DNA of 64,000 nucleotides from Candidatus Hydrogenedentota bacterium (GCA_034669905.1 JAXMOL010000036.1:1-64000); one strand, 5' to 3'; shown: positions 10,061-20,778, numbered from the stretch's first letter. Numbers and translations: made by a program. The notes: a model not told the origin generated them from the letters alone.

Positions 10061-11860
10061 TTAGTTTTCTGCGGTTAGTGTGAAATAAAAGGTGGTCCCA
10101 TTGTTCACACCTTTCCCGATACAGATGCTGCCATTATGGCGCTCCACAATTTTTTTTGCAACTGTCAGCCCGGCACCCGAACCGCCACCGTACTTGTCTC
10201 GCCCATGCAGGCGCTTGAAAATACGGAACACGCTCTCGTGGTGCCTGTCCTGGATTCCGATACCATTGTCTTCCACAGAAAACACAACTTGTCCCCCCTC
10301 ATTGACTGTCCACCCGACGCGAATATGCTTTTCCTCGCTGTCATTGTATTTCACGCCATTGGTGATCAAGTTGCGAAATACCTGCCCCGCGTAAATCCCG
10401 TGGCATTCAACCGTCGGCATATCCTTGGCCACTTCCACCGTCGCGCCCTGTTCATCCAGCCAGGGCCGCAGGACTTCAACAATTTCCTGAACCAACTCCC
10501 CGGTGTCACAGGTACCCCGCTCCATCCGCTCCCGTCCGACCCGGGAAATCTGATGCAGGTCGTCGATGAACATGGTCAAACGCTGGGCCAGGTTGCCCAA
10601 GGTGTGCAGTTTGGCCTTGCCGTCTTCGCCGAGGGCTTCCTCATAGTCTTCCAGCAGGAAGGCCGAGTAATTCTTAATCCCGCGAAGCGGCTCCTTCAAA
10701 TCATGGGATGCGATGTGGGCGAAATCATCCAATTCCCGGTTGCTTCGGGCCAGTTCTTCATTCAACACCTCCAACTGCGCTGCCCGTCGCTCTACTTCTT
10801 CGTTCATGTTATCCGCATAACGCAGCGCGGTGCGGGCGGATCGGGTCAACATAAGGAAAAGGCCAAGGAGCAATACGTCAATAATGATACCCCCTATCAA
10901 GATGGTAACGGGCTGACTGCTATCATAGACCTCTCGAAACGAACTGGCGCTCCGCACATGAAAAAGCCACTCGCGGCCGTAGAGAGGAATGGTGATTTCC
11001 TGTTGAAATAGCGGCTTGTCATCATAGAAAGGCTCGCCCGGTCGATTCTCGTCATAAAGCACCTCGCCGAGGTCAGAGATGGTGATACCCACTTCCCGGC
11101 GTTCCTGCGCCAATACGCCCTCCAGGAGTTTACGCATGACAAAGGGCGCGTAGACCAATCCGACGAACTCACGCTGCCGCGCTTCCACGGTGTCGGGCGT
11201 GTCCTGACGGTAGTACGGCGCATAGAACAGGAAGCCCGGCGTTTTCCCGGTATCCTGAACCAGCACGATCGGCCCGGTAATCTGCGCAACGCCCGTATCG
11301 CGCGCCTGCTTGGCGGCCGTGAAACGATTTGTTTCGTGGGCCATGTCCAGCCCCACCGCCTGTTCATTGCCCGCAACTGGAATAATGTACGTGATGGGAT
11401 AGCTCACCGGTTGATCGTGTTCAGGGTGAATCTTGAAATCTGGTCTGAGAACCCGCTGGGCCTCGAGATGGGCTTGGACCTCGTCCTTTTCCAAGGCATG
11501 AATCACGCCGATGCCATTGATACCGGGATAGCGTGTTTCCAGTTGGATGCTACTGGCGTAACGCTCCCACTCGGGATAGGAAACCTCTCCGTCGAGGGTA
11601 CGGATCATCGCCACGCCGCCCCAGAGCGCCTCTTCATATTTACGCATGCGCTCCTTGATCAGATCCGTCACCTGACGGGCCTGTACCTCGAAGCGCTGCT
11701 CAATCCGCTTTTCATGTTCCTGGGTGGAATAGCGCCAGGCGAAAATTGTGAGACAACCCGAAAGAATCAGTACGAGCCAGTGTATCCAGTGAATCCGGCC
11801 AGCTCGCTCCAGCTGGGAACGATTCGCTAGCACGCCTGCAGGGGCTTCTGTTGCGCTCAT
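10061..11860 (-). CDS. CHASE-domain sensor histidine kinase (bacteriophytochrome-type kinase core)
   Basis: TM-CHASE (GNEQAVGLDM, ITGPIVLVQ)-TM; H-box FAHIASHDLKEPLR; N, G1 and G2 boxes; start set at MSATE. Confidence 0.9.
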   Translation of the reverse strand: MSATEAPAGVLANRSQLERAGRIHWIHWLVLILSGCLTIFAWRYSTQEHEKRIEQRFEVQARQVTDLIKERMRKYEEALWGGVAMIRTLDGEVSYPEWERYASSIQLETRYPGINGIGVIHALEKDEVQAHLEAQRVLRPDFKIHPEHDQPVSYPITYIIPVAGNEQAVGLDMAHETNRFTAAKQARDTGVAQITGPIVLVQDTGKTPGFLFYAPYYRQDTPDTVEARQREFVGLVYAPFVMRKLLEGVLAQERREVGITISDLGEVLYDENRPGEPFYDDKPLFQQEITIPLYGREWLFHVRSASSFREVYDSSQPVTILIGGIIIDVLLLGLFLMLTRSARTALRYADNMNEEVERRAAQLEVLNEELARSNRELDDFAHIASHDLKEPLRGIKNYSAFLLEDYEEALGEDGKAKLHTLGNLAQRLTMFIDDLHQISRVGRERMERGTCDTGELVQEIVEVLRPWLDEQGATVEVAKDMPTVECHGIYAGQVFRNLITNGVKYNDSEEKHIRVGWTVNEGGQVVFSVEDNGIGIQDRHHESVFRIFKRLHGRDKYGGGSGAGLTVAKKIVERHNGSICIGKGVNNGTTFYFTLTAEN

Positions 11861-12070
11861 CCATTTCCCCTGTCGCTGACCGAAATCCCGGGCATTGAAC
11901 GAACCTCTTCGCAACGCCCCGACGGATAGTGAAAAAATCGGCGTCCGAATCTGAAAAAGATAACACGCATGTCACATCTCCTTCGGCATCTTCCCGGGCT
12001 TACTCCGTAGGGTCGCGCCGTTGGTACCCACGCCTCACCAACCTGATTCCCAGTGTGATCGATTGGCCCC

Positions 12071-12101
12071 AAAAAAGCAAGCCCCCTGAACAGGGGGCTG
12101 C
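12071..12101 (-). terminator. Intrinsic terminator after araB
   Basis: Inverted repeat AGCCCCCTG/CAGGGGGCT next to A6 (U-tract on the minus strand). Confidence 0.65.
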
Positions 12102-12158
12102 AAAACATCCAGCTGTTAAATGGGCCATTTCCGCCCCCAATCGACGGCCCTTACGCAA

Positions 12159-13838
12159 TTATGCGTTTTGACGCTCCTTGAGATTGATCAGGGCCTTCAT
12201 GACACCCGACAGGTCCACGGCCCCCTTCACACCACCAAAGGCATCGTGAACTTGCATGTAGAGCGTATAGAGTTCGTCATAGGCCGCTTGATGAACCACG
12301 TCGGGTGTGTACTCCACGTCTTTCACCCCCGTCATGTGCTCCTGGGCCTCGACGAAACTGGCATACCCCCCTTTTTCCGGCCCCGCGATTACCGCTGCAC
12401 TGAGGGCCGAGCCCAAGGCACAGGTCTGGTCCGACGCCGACACCTGCATCTTACAGCCCGTCACATCGGCATAGATCTGCATCAGCATGGGGTTCTTTTC
12501 CGCGATTCCGCCGCAGCAGATGATACGGTCTACTGGAACGCCATATTCCTTGTAGCGTTCGATAATGGCGCGGGCACCAAAGGCGGTCGCCTCAATAAGG
12601 GCACGATAGATCTCCGCCTGGGTCGTATAGAGCGTCTGGCCCAACAAAAGCCCGGTCAATTTGGGGTCGACGAGGAGGCTGCGGTTACCATTATTCCAGT
12701 CGAGTGCCAGCAATCCGGACTGGCCGGGCTTCTGTTTCGCCGCCTCGTTGGTCAGGGCCATATGGAGGGCATCATCGCCCTGGCAGACCGTCTCCACAAA
12801 CCACTTGAAGATATCGCCCACGGCCGACTGGCCCGCTTCCAGACCGAAATGGCCGGGTAGAATGGAGCCATCCACAATCCCGCAGATGCCTGGTATGTCT
12901 TTCAGGGTCTCGGAATTGGGCGCCACCGTGCAGTCACAGGTGGAGGTACCCATAATCTTCACGAGAACACCCGGTTGCACACCGGCACCGACGGCACCCA
13001 GATGGGCATCAATGGCACCCACCGTGATAGGAATTCCTTCACTGAGGCCAAGTTTCGTCGCCCACTCCGCGCAGAGCCCGCCGGCAGGCGTGGCACCGTC
13101 ATAGGCTTTGTCGAAGAGTCGGTCGCGCAGGTCGGCCAGGGCCGGATCAAGCATGGCCAGAAATTCTTTGTCGGGCAGCCCCCCCCATTCGTCGCAATAG
13201 AGGGCCTTGTGTCCTGCGGCGCAGACGCCCCGCACCACGTCCGCGGGGTTTGTGATACCTGCGAGCACGGCCGGCACATAGTCTGCACATTCGAGCCAAC
13301 TGTGGGCCGCGTCGAATACGCCCTTGTCCACATTCAGGCAGTGCCAGATCTTGGACCAGAACCACTCGGAAGAATAGGTTTCTCCACACTTGGCGAGGAA
13401 GTGGGGCCGGTGCTCGAACCCGAGTTTCGTAATGGTGTTGGCTTCGTCGGCGGCGGTGTGGTCTTTCCAGAGCCAGGCTTGGGCATTCAGATTGTCCTTG
13501 AAGGCGTCGGTCATACCGAGGGGAATGCACGCTTCATTGACCGGTATGGGGGTAGAGCCCGTGGTGTCGACGCCGATACCGATGACGGCATCGCGCTTGA
13601 AATCACCGGTTGCTTCGGCGGCGGCCAATGCCCCCACCACGGTTTCTTCCAGGCCCTGCACATAATCGGCAGGATTCTGGCGGGCCAGATTGTGGTCAGA
13701 AGGGTCCAGCAAGATACCCTGATGGCCGGAAGGATAGCTGAAGACATGGGCCCCGACTTCCCGGCCATCGGCACAATCGATAACCACCGCACGCACCGAG
13801 TTGGTGCCATAATCCACGCCAATTGTAAATGCTTTCAT
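12159..13838 (-). CDS. araB: Ribulokinase
   Basis: IGVDYGTNSVRA, GIGVDTTGST, WKDHTA, YSSEWFWSK, LDWNNGNR. Confidence 0.9.
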   Translation of the reverse strand: MKAFTIGVDYGTNSVRAVVIDCADGREVGAHVFSYPSGHQGILLDPSDHNLARQNPADYVQGLEETVVGALAAAEATGDFKRDAVIGIGVDTTGSTPIPVNEACIPLGMTDAFKDNLNAQAWLWKDHTAADEANTITKLGFEHRPHFLAKCGETYSSEWFWSKIWHCLNVDKGVFDAAHSWLECADYVPAVLAGITNPADVVRGVCAAGHKALYCDEWGGLPDKEFLAMLDPALADLRDRLFDKAYDGATPAGGLCAEWATKLGLSEGIPITVGAIDAHLGAVGAGVQPGVLVKIMGTSTCDCTVAPNSETLKDIPGICGIVDGSILPGHFGLEAGQSAVGDIFKWFVETVCQGDDALHMALTNEAAKQKPGQSGLLALDWNNGNRSLLVDPKLTGLLLGQTLYTTQAEIYRALIEATAFGARAIIERYKEYGVPVDRIICCGGIAEKNPMLMQIYADVTGCKMQVSASDQTCALGSALSAAVIAGPEKGGYASFVEAQEHMTGVKDVEYTPDVVHQAAYDELYTLYMQVHDAFGGVKGAVDLSGVMKALINLKERQNA

Positions 13839-13983
13839 GGGACGCTCTCTCCTTCCAAATCAACCAAAGACATGAGGCCTTACTTTAGCATATCGTCGCC
13901 GTCAGGAAACACCGTATGGTGGCAACGGACCGGCCGGATGGGTAGAATGTGGGTCAACCACTACCGCAGGCAGGTTGTCTTTC

Positions 13984-15618
13984 ATGCAAACAGATGCTCA
14001 TCCCCCACTCCCCCTTTCGCGCGCCCAGGAACGGGCGCTTTGTGCCCATGCTGCCAACTCGGGAGACTGGACCCGACTGGCTTACTTTTACTGGGGCCGG
14101 GGCGCACACGCTTCCCTCGATGCCCTCCGGGAAACGCTGGGCACGAGCGACGGAAACCTGCGGGGTCTCTTTCAAGTGGCCCTTGCGCATGTAGCCCCCG
14201 TTGAGTCCCCCGTGCCCCCCTCCGCTATCAACAAACCCTGGATTCTGTATTACCTGGCCGCACAGGCCTTGCGCCAGGGAGACACGGTGTACGCCCTGCG
14301 CTGTGCGAAACGGTGTCTCGAGCTCACACCCAACTGCAACCCGCTGTTCATGCTGCTGATTCGTCATGACCGCTCGCAGGGAGACGGCCAGCTTGCCCAC
14401 TCCCTTGGCAAGCGCCTCCTCGCCCTCAGTGACGCCCAGGACGATATCCGTTTCGCCATCGAGCAGCCCTTCGATACGCCCCAGGCCCCCCATCAGGGCG
14501 GCCCCGCGCCCATTACCATCGGGTACTATGTGCCTGTATACAACGCTGCACGCTCCATCGCCCCCGTGTTGGAAGGCATCCTCTCCCAGGGCTATCCCCT
14601 GGCCGATCTGGTCGTGGTGGACGATGGCTCGACCGATGACTCGGCCGCCCTTGCCGCCTCCTACCCGGTGCGGCTGCTTTCCCATGCCGGCAACAAGGGC
14701 CTGGCCACGGCGCGCAACACCGCCCTCGAGGCCATGGACACGGAATTCGTGGGGTCCTGCGACAGCGACGCCGTGCTCGACCCGGACTACCTCATCTACG
14801 CAGCGATTGAATGGGAATCGGCCCTGTCGCCGCTGACGTCCATCGGAGGCCGCATGATGGAGCAGCATACGGGTAGCCTGGCGGACTCCTGGCGAGACAT
14901 GCACATGACGCAAGACACCGGCCCACTGCGCAAATGCTCGGTGGCGCAAAGTGCAGCGCCCGTGTATCTGCCAGGATGCAACACGGTCCTCCATCGGAAG
15001 ACGGCCCTCACGTTGGGGGGCTACGACACGCGTCATGTGGCGGTGGGTGAAGACGGGTATATGAACCGACTGCTCCATCAACATGGGCACGGGATGGCCA
15101 CGACGCCCCTGGCACGGTGCCGTCACCTTCGCCGAGACACGCCGGCGAGTGTCCTGCGGACACGATGGAACTACGAATGGGAACTTCGAAACCGCAAACG
15201 GAGCTTTGCCACGATGCACCGACTCAGCCAACTCCTGAAGGAGTTACTGCGGGCAGCACAGGCGATGAGTACCCAGGATCTCCGCAACAAGCACTACCAC
15301 CTGCTGCCCATGGAAGTGCTCTATATTTGCCATATGTATTTGCATAGTCTCCAACATGGATGGGAGCAAGGGGCCCTTACACGGGGCCAATGGCATTGGT
15401 ATGAACGGGCTTTCTGGGGCGGCGCTTTTCCCGAGGCGACCTTGCGCGCCTGGTGCCTGGAACGGTCTGCAGCGCTGGGGCTGTCGGCCGACACGCCCTA
15501 TGAACCCCCGTCGCCCTACCTGATAGGGTTGAACCAGCAGACGTTGCGCGAGATTTCCGAATGGCTGGAAACCCTGCTGCCGTACATGGGGCAGGACCGA
15601 CTCAGCGCCACTCAATAA
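13984..15618 (+). CDS. Glycosyltransferase family 2 with TPR-like N-terminus
   Basis: VPVYNAA, VVDDGSTD, GLATARN, DSD, GED motifs. Confidence 0.82.
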   Translation: MQTDAHPPLPLSRAQERALCAHAANSGDWTRLAYFYWGRGAHASLDALRETLGTSDGNLRGLFQVALAHVAPVESPVPPSAINKPWILYYLAAQALRQGDTVYALRCAKRCLELTPNCNPLFMLLIRHDRSQGDGQLAHSLGKRLLALSDAQDDIRFAIEQPFDTPQAPHQGGPAPITIGYYVPVYNAARSIAPVLEGILSQGYPLADLVVVDDGSTDDSAALAASYPVRLLSHAGNKGLATARNTALEAMDTEFVGSCDSDAVLDPDYLIYAAIEWESALSPLTSIGGRMMEQHTGSLADSWRDMHMTQDTGPLRKCSVAQSAAPVYLPGCNTVLHRKTALTLGGYDTRHVAVGEDGYMNRLLHQHGHGMATTPLARCRHLRRDTPASVLRTRWNYEWELRNRKRSFATMHRLSQLLKELLRAAQAMSTQDLRNKHYHLLPMEVLYICHMYLHSLQHGWEQGALTRGQWHWYERAFWGGAFPEATLRAWCLERSAALGLSADTPYEPPSPYLIGLNQQTLREISEWLETLLPYMGQDRLSATQ

Positions 15619-16315
15619 GGGCGTTGTTCAGGGCCACTTCGACACGGCGGCGGGGCTTGTGAAAATAGATCATGCCATGGCCGGGCAGCATAAGGTCTGT
15701 GTCCACTTTGGCAAAGCGAATGAGAGACTTGAGGTAGATTTCTTTGTCGAAATCAAAAGAGCCGCTCCAGCCGAAATGCCCGTCAAGCAGTGTGCCAATC
15801 ACATCACCACTGACGCAGACCCGGCGATCTTCCCAATCGAAGAGGTACGCCGTGCAGCCCATGCTGTGACCGGGGAGATGCATTACTTCCAGCGTCACGC
15901 CCAACACGTTGATCCTATCTCCATCGCCCACCACGTCATCGACGGTACAGGGCGTGAAGGTCTTGTGATACAGGTATCCACAACACCGCTCGTCTCCGGC
16001 AGCTACAGACGCCGCGGTTTCTTCCTGGGCGATGAGCCGGATTCCCCGTTTCTTTAGCGTATGGGCACCGCCCGCATGGTCGAAGTGCGCGTGGGTCAAC
16101 ACGCACGCACCAATCGCCTCTGGCTCAAGGCCCCAATAGCGCATATTGGCGAAAATCTGGTCGAGGGTGTCGCCACAGCCGCAGTCGAAGAGCACCAGGC
16201 CGTCCGGTGCTTCCAAGACATACGCATTACCGTCACGATAGCCGGCATCCTGGCCATCGAAGGTAATCCCATTCATATCCCCGCCCACCTGATACAGACC
16301 ACGTACTATCTGCAC
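15602..16315 (-). CDS. MBL-fold metallo-hydrolase
   Basis: THAHFDH, PGHS, SGD, PGHG; GTG start with GGAG 8 nt upstream. Confidence 0.85.
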   Translation of the reverse strand: MQIVRGLYQVGGDMNGITFDGQDAGYRDGNAYVLEAPDGLVLFDCGCGDTLDQIFANMRYWGLEPEAIGACVLTHAHFDHAGGAHTLKKRGIRLIAQEETAASVAAGDERCCGYLYHKTFTPCTVDDVVGDGDRINVLGVTLEVMHLPGHSMGCTAYLFDWEDRRVCVSGDVIGTLLDGHFGWSGSFDFDKEIYLKSLIRFAKVDTDLMLPGHGMIYFHKPRRRVEVALNNALIEWR

Positions 16316-16430
16316 GCCACACACTCCGATTCCAATTGTAACTTGCCTTGCCCCGACGCCCTTTACCTGCGGCGAAACCCATTGACCCTAGTCTAACACG
16401 CCATTTGGGACAGAATCCCAATCCCGGCAC

Positions 16431-17537
16431 CTACCGGATATCATCCCTGTAGCTTCCGCCTGCAGACGGACGGCCGCCGCGCCAGAGCAACAGCACTCCC
16501 AGTGAGAGGCCCAACAGCATCAAGTCGGCCAGGACTTCCCGTAGTTTTTCTGCGGTCAGTGGCGCCAAACAACCCTGGCCTTCTCCCTCACCTTCTCCCT
16601 CGCCCTCGCCTTCGCCTTCGCCTTCCCCCTCACCTTCACCCCCATCAGTCACCGTAATCAGATTAGTCCGGGTGAGTACATCACTAAGGTCGCTTTGCGT
16701 CACGATGCTGAGAGACACCGAATAACTCCCGACTTCGGAATAGGTATGGGAGGGATTCTGGAGATTGCTGAAGGTGCCATCGCCGAAGGTCCAGAACCAC
16801 GTCTTGACCGTGGTGTCTGAAACCGTCGATTCGTCGCTGAACTGTACGGTCAGCGGTGCCACTCCGGTCGTCTGGTTTGCGGTAAAGCCCACCTCAAGTT
16901 CTCCTTCTCCTTCTCCTTCTCCTTCTCCTTCACCCTCGCCTTCGCCTTCGCCTTCGCCTTCACCTTCACCTTCACCTTCACCTTCGCCTTCACCTTCGCC
17001 TTCACCTTCACCTTCACCTTCACCTTCACCTTCGCCTTCACCTTCACCTTCACCTTCACCACCTCCAACGAGGCAAACCGTCAGGGTATCGGTAGCACTG
17101 AGAAGGGCACCGGCGGTCTGTCGATACTCCACCATGCCCGAGAGGGACTGCCGACTCAGCTCCCCGACAGGAACCAAGACTTCGTAGGTGAAGGAGGTCG
17201 GAAATTCGGGCACATCTATCCAGGCAAACTCAACAACACCTGCTGTGCCACTCTCCGGCACAACGTCGGGTGCAGTCGCTCCCGTGACCTGCTGAAAGGT
17301 CCAACCGTCGGGCAGGGTCTCACGAAGGCCCATCGCCTGCACGCCGGGCTCACAATCACCTGAAATGGTCACCCCGATGGTCACCACCGCACCGGGTGTG
17401 GCACAGCCTTGTGCCAGGGCGTGGGAGACCGCAACACAGGGTGCGACGTCGCCTTTCGCCACGACGAACTCCTGAGCAACTGCCCAAGGGGTTACTGCCA
17501 GGAGCGACAGCAGCATGAGGGGCTGGATGAAATGCAC
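16431..17537 (-). CDS. Secreted/surface PKD-domain protein with poly-(Gly-Glu) linkers and a C-terminal membrane anchor
   Basis: Signal peptide; cohesin/Ig-like N-domain; PKD motifs GVAPLTVQFSD, WTFGDG, QNPSHTY; GE tracts; GC...hydrophobic helix...R tail. Confidence 0.8.
   Translation of the reverse strand: MHFIQPLMLLSLLAVTPWAVAQEFVVAKGDVAPCVAVSHALAQGCATPGAVVTIGVTISGDCEPGVQAMGLRETLPDGWTFQQVTGATAPDVVPESGTAGVVEFAWIDVPEFPTSFTYEVLVPVGELSRQSLSGMVEYRQTAGALLSATDTLTVCLVGGGEGEGEGEGEGEGEGEGEGEGEGEGEGEGEGEGEGEGEGEGEGEGEGEGEGEGELEVGFTANQTTGVAPLTVQFSDESTVSDTTVKTWFWTFGDGTFSNLQNPSHTYSEVGSYSVSLSIVTQSDLSDVLTRTNLITVTDGGEGEGEGEGEGEGEGEGEGEGQGCLAPLTAEKLREVLADLMLLGLSLGVLLLWRGGRPSAGGSYRDDIR
16581..16640 (-). repeat. 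Hexanucleotide coding repeat (GE)10
   Basis: GGNGAR x10. Confidence 0.9.
16899..17060 (-). repeat. Hexanucleotide coding repeat (GE)27
   Basis: GGNGAR x27 with synonymous codon variation. Confidence 0.9.
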
Positions 17538-17658
17538 AATCTATCCTCCGAACACCCACCTGGGGTGCAACACGTTTGAGCGGGTCACGTCAGCCGAGCC
17601 GGCCTGCCCACGTCTGGTATTGTACCTGATGGGACGCTGGCGTGGTTGCTCTGTCGGG

Positions 17659-18429
17659 TCAGTCCGCCGTCATCGCCTCGGTCAATTGCGCGATGGCACC
17701 GGGCACATCGGGGAATTCCCAGACATTGCGGCCCACCGTCGCCCCGGCGGCACCGGTCCGTGCGACCGACCGCATCATGTGCGCGGCCTCTTCGAGGGTC
17801 TTGCATTTTGGACCACCCGCAGCAACGACGGGTACGGGCGTCACACTGACGATATCGCGAAAGGACGCCTCGTCCCCCGTATACGGCACCTTGATCACAT
17901 CGGCCCCGAGTTCCAAGCCCATGCGCACAGCGTAGAAAATGTCTTCTGGATCGTGGGTCATCGAGGATTTCTCATCGCCACTGCTCAGCGTATAGATGTG
18001 GGGAATGACCGGCAAGCCGTATTGTTCCGACTCCCGGACAACCCGCGCAAGGTGATCGATATAGCGTATCTCGCTCTTCCCTTTCAGGAACATGGCCACG
18101 GCTATGGCGTCCGCGCCAAGGGCCGCCACTTCTTCGACATGGGCGGTCCACGCAAACTCGGACCACTCGGGCCGAAGGGCCATGGATTGAATAATGAAGG
18201 GGACCTTCCCCGCGTGGGGCTCCATAAAACGCATGGCGGTGCCCTTGTTCATCGTGATGGCATGGGGCTTTCCTGCGACAATCTGTTCGAGTGTCTGGCC
18301 CATGGTGCGGAGTCCCTGGGGCAGGCCGATCGGGTAGTTGATAAGATGGTCCACCGCTACGCTGAGTATGCGCCCCGAAGGGTGACTGAAGATGCGGTTG
18401 AGTCGGGTCTGTTTACCAAGGCGAGACAT
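17659..18429 (-). CDS. DhnA/LsrF-type class I aldolase
   Basis: VAVDH, ELGADVIKVPY Schiff-base Lys, VVAAGGPK, VGRNVW. Confidence 0.85.
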   Translation of the reverse strand: MSRLGKQTRLNRIFSHPSGRILSVAVDHLINYPIGLPQGLRTMGQTLEQIVAGKPHAITMNKGTAMRFMEPHAGKVPFIIQSMALRPEWSEFAWTAHVEEVAALGADAIAVAMFLKGKSEIRYIDHLARVVRESEQYGLPVIPHIYTLSSGDEKSSMTHDPEDIFYAVRMGLELGADVIKVPYTGDEASFRDIVSVTPVPVVAAGGPKCKTLEEAAHMMRSVARTGAAGATVGRNVWEFPDVPGAIAQLTEAMTAD

Positions 18430-18521
18430 GGGGGTACTCCTGAAGCCATTTGATGGGTCACCGGAAGCCCTGAAAATGGGCAGGTGTCCAGCCTAGCGAA
18501 GGACGGGCCTTTGATGCAAGC

Positions 18522-19787
18522 TCATTCCCCGCCGGACAGGTTAAATTGGAACCCATCGTCCTTCCGGTACTCCCCGCGGTTGTCCACCCCATCACGCCCA
18601 TAGCTATAGACCCAAAAGCTGCGTCCCTCAACGCGATAGGCCATAGGGCCGTCATGCCAGAAATCCTGCGGAATACTATCGCGATAGGTGGGCACGAGTG
18701 CATCCAAGGTCTCGGGCAATTTTCCCTCGGCCAACTCGAAACGTACGACATCCAGTGCCAGGGCGGCCGTGAGCAAGTCGGTAGACGCGGCGTAACGCCA
18801 CAGATAGGGCTCCAACGGAGTGCCCTGATGACGGTCTATCAGTTCCTGCTGCTCCGCCAGGGATTTCCCAATCATTTCATAGCGCACCATGCCCGCCCGG
18901 ATCTCCAGGGCCTGGTAGGTCTCAAAAAAACCCGTCAGCACGTTGAACACGTCGACCGGTGGGCCAAAGTCATCAATTACGGTATGGCTCAACTGCATCA
19001 TTTGCCGCCGCTGCTGTTGGGCGATCCAATCACCCGACATCAGATGGCCCTGCAATCGCTGTACCTGCTCATCGCTGAGTTTCACCCGACACAGGGCACT
19101 GCGAAGTGCCGTCAGAATATGGTCTGCCTGGTCTGTCTGCCGTATTGGTGTGGCATCGGGGCCCACGTCTCGGTCGCCATCACGAAGCATCGTCAGCGCA
19201 TCATCCAGGGCCTGAAACGCGCCATCACCGTCCCCGACCTCCGCCCGCACACAGGCGGCAACACAGAGTAGCTCAAGCAACAGTTCATCATTCGTAAAAT
19301 CTGCGGGTTCAACCCGGCCCGACTGGGCGGCGTCATGCACGATCGCCAGACATTGGGCGTTTGCCGCCACGTGGGTTTTCATGGCATCGCCCATGGCGTC
19401 TGCGTAAGGCACCTCCGTCAAAGCCCTCTCTTCCGACCGCTGCTTGAAGCGGGGAATCTGCATCAAAATATCCTGCCCGGGAAGGACGTAGGCCTCCAGG
19501 GCCGCCAGGTAGGGTGATTCGGGACTCAATGTACGGTTATGGTGCCAAAAGGCATCATAGGCCTCCCCATACGTCGCCTCGTAGTCCGCCACGGTCATGG
19601 CCACGCCCATTTCTCGGGCATCGTGAAATGCACGGTTCAGTTCCGTCTTCTTGCCCAGACGCCAGACCAGCCAGCACCCCAGCAAGAGGGAAAACACCAT
19701 GACCACGGCCACAGCACGGCGTCGCCGACGTTGCCAGGGAGCCAGCTTTTTCTTCCTCAGATGTCCGCGTCGTTCCCCGTCTGCCAT
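18522..19787 (-). CDS. Membrane-anchored hypothetical protein with GspG/pseudopilin-like C-terminus (start uncertain: 19787 or 19820)
   Basis: Basic stretch plus TM helix; GKLPETLDALVPTY..IPQD...YSYGRDGVDN. Confidence 0.6.
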   Translation of the reverse strand: MADGERRGHLRKKKLAPWQRRRRRAVAVVMVFSLLLGCWLVWRLGKKTELNRAFHDAREMGVAMTVADYEATYGEAYDAFWHHNRTLSPESPYLAALEAYVLPGQDILMQIPRFKQRSEERALTEVPYADAMGDAMKTHVAANAQCLAIVHDAAQSGRVEPADFTNDELLLELLCVAACVRAEVGDGDGAFQALDDALTMLRDGDRDVGPDATPIRQTDQADHILTALRSALCRVKLSDEQVQRLQGHLMSGDWIAQQQRRQMMQLSHTVIDDFGPPVDVFNVLTGFFETYQALEIRAGMVRYEMIGKSLAEQQELIDRHQGTPLEPYLWRYAASTDLLTAALALDVVRFELAEGKLPETLDALVPTYRDSIPQDFWHDGPMAYRVEGRSFWVYSYGRDGVDNRGEYRKDDGFQFNLSGGE

Positions 19788-19874
19788 GTGCCCTCCGTTT
19801 CCTGCTTTCCCATTGACCATTGTGCCCCCTGAAACTATGGCAGACCGCACCGAAATCGATCACCCGGCACCGGA

Positions 19875-20660
19875 TTATTTCTCGAAGTGAATCTCGGAAA
19901 AGAATTCCGGCTGGTGGAAATCGAGGCGCCCCGTAATCTTGGACCAGGAAGCCCAATGGGGGTGGGAATTATTCTCGGCGCATTTGTAAAAGTTGGCGCG
20001 CCAGGTCTGTCCCGCCACATCGCCCAGATCACCAAGGTAGGCTTCGAAAATTTCAAAGGGAATAAAATACTCCACCTGCCACTGGGTGGGCTCGGTAAGC
20101 TCGGGATCTACGGACTTGGGCAGGCTGTGATAAATCTTCACCTTCTGTGCCAGTTCCCAGGGTACCGCGCCGGTCTTTCCCAGTGTTTCGCCCTGCCAAT
20201 CCGCTGCTTCTTTATAGGACAAAAGCATGGTCCCGCCGCCGTTGATTTCAAAATTGAAGTAGCCGCGCTCCGTCCGTGGCTGGACGAAGAACTCGACGCA
20301 GGCGTCTTCCCAGACTTTGCCGTGGTATTCCGTCTCAATGACGCGCACATATTGATCATCCACCCGAAAGTGGATATAGATACCCTTATCCCCATAGAGC
20401 ACCTTGGCTTCCGTTTTGGGCTTATGGGTGTATTTCTCGGTGCCGTAAAAATGGGACACCTTCAAAGGGGATACGCCTTTCCACGCCGCACTCTCCCAGT
20501 CGCCTGTGAGTGCGGGCGTCGCTTCCGCACGCTGAATCACATAGCGGGGCGACAGCGCGGTGGACTTCTCTTTGGCAAAGGCCGACTTCACGGTCATTCC
20601 CAAGGCCGCGATGAGTAGGGTTACCGCAACTATCACCATGGTCGTTTTCTCTCTTTTCAT
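19875..20660 (-). CDS. Secreted carbohydrate-binding family 9-like protein
   Basis: Signal peptide; VWEDACVEFF, YFNFEIN, WQVEYFIPF, WRANFYKC, DFHQPEFF. Confidence 0.8.
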   Translation of the reverse strand: MKREKTTMVIVAVTLLIAALGMTVKSAFAKEKSTALSPRYVIQRAEATPALTGDWESAAWKGVSPLKVSHFYGTEKYTHKPKTEAKVLYGDKGIYIHFRVDDQYVRVIETEYHGKVWEDACVEFFVQPRTERGYFNFEINGGGTMLLSYKEAADWQGETLGKTGAVPWELAQKVKIYHSLPKSVDPELTEPTQWQVEYFIPFEIFEAYLGDLGDVAGQTWRANFYKCAENNSHPHWASWSKITGRLDFHQPEFFSEIHFEK

Positions 20661-20778
20661 TGACGTCAATCTCCCGTATACCGCTCGGTGTGACGGCTTG
20701 ATCTATTGGTTAATGCGGTCGCTGGCAGACCAGCCACCGCGCATATACTACCCATTGGCAGAGCACTACTCAACTCCC

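Noticed and set aside
16765..17187. Poly-SP and poly-KV ORFs
   Set aside because: Alternative-frame readings of the GE repeat
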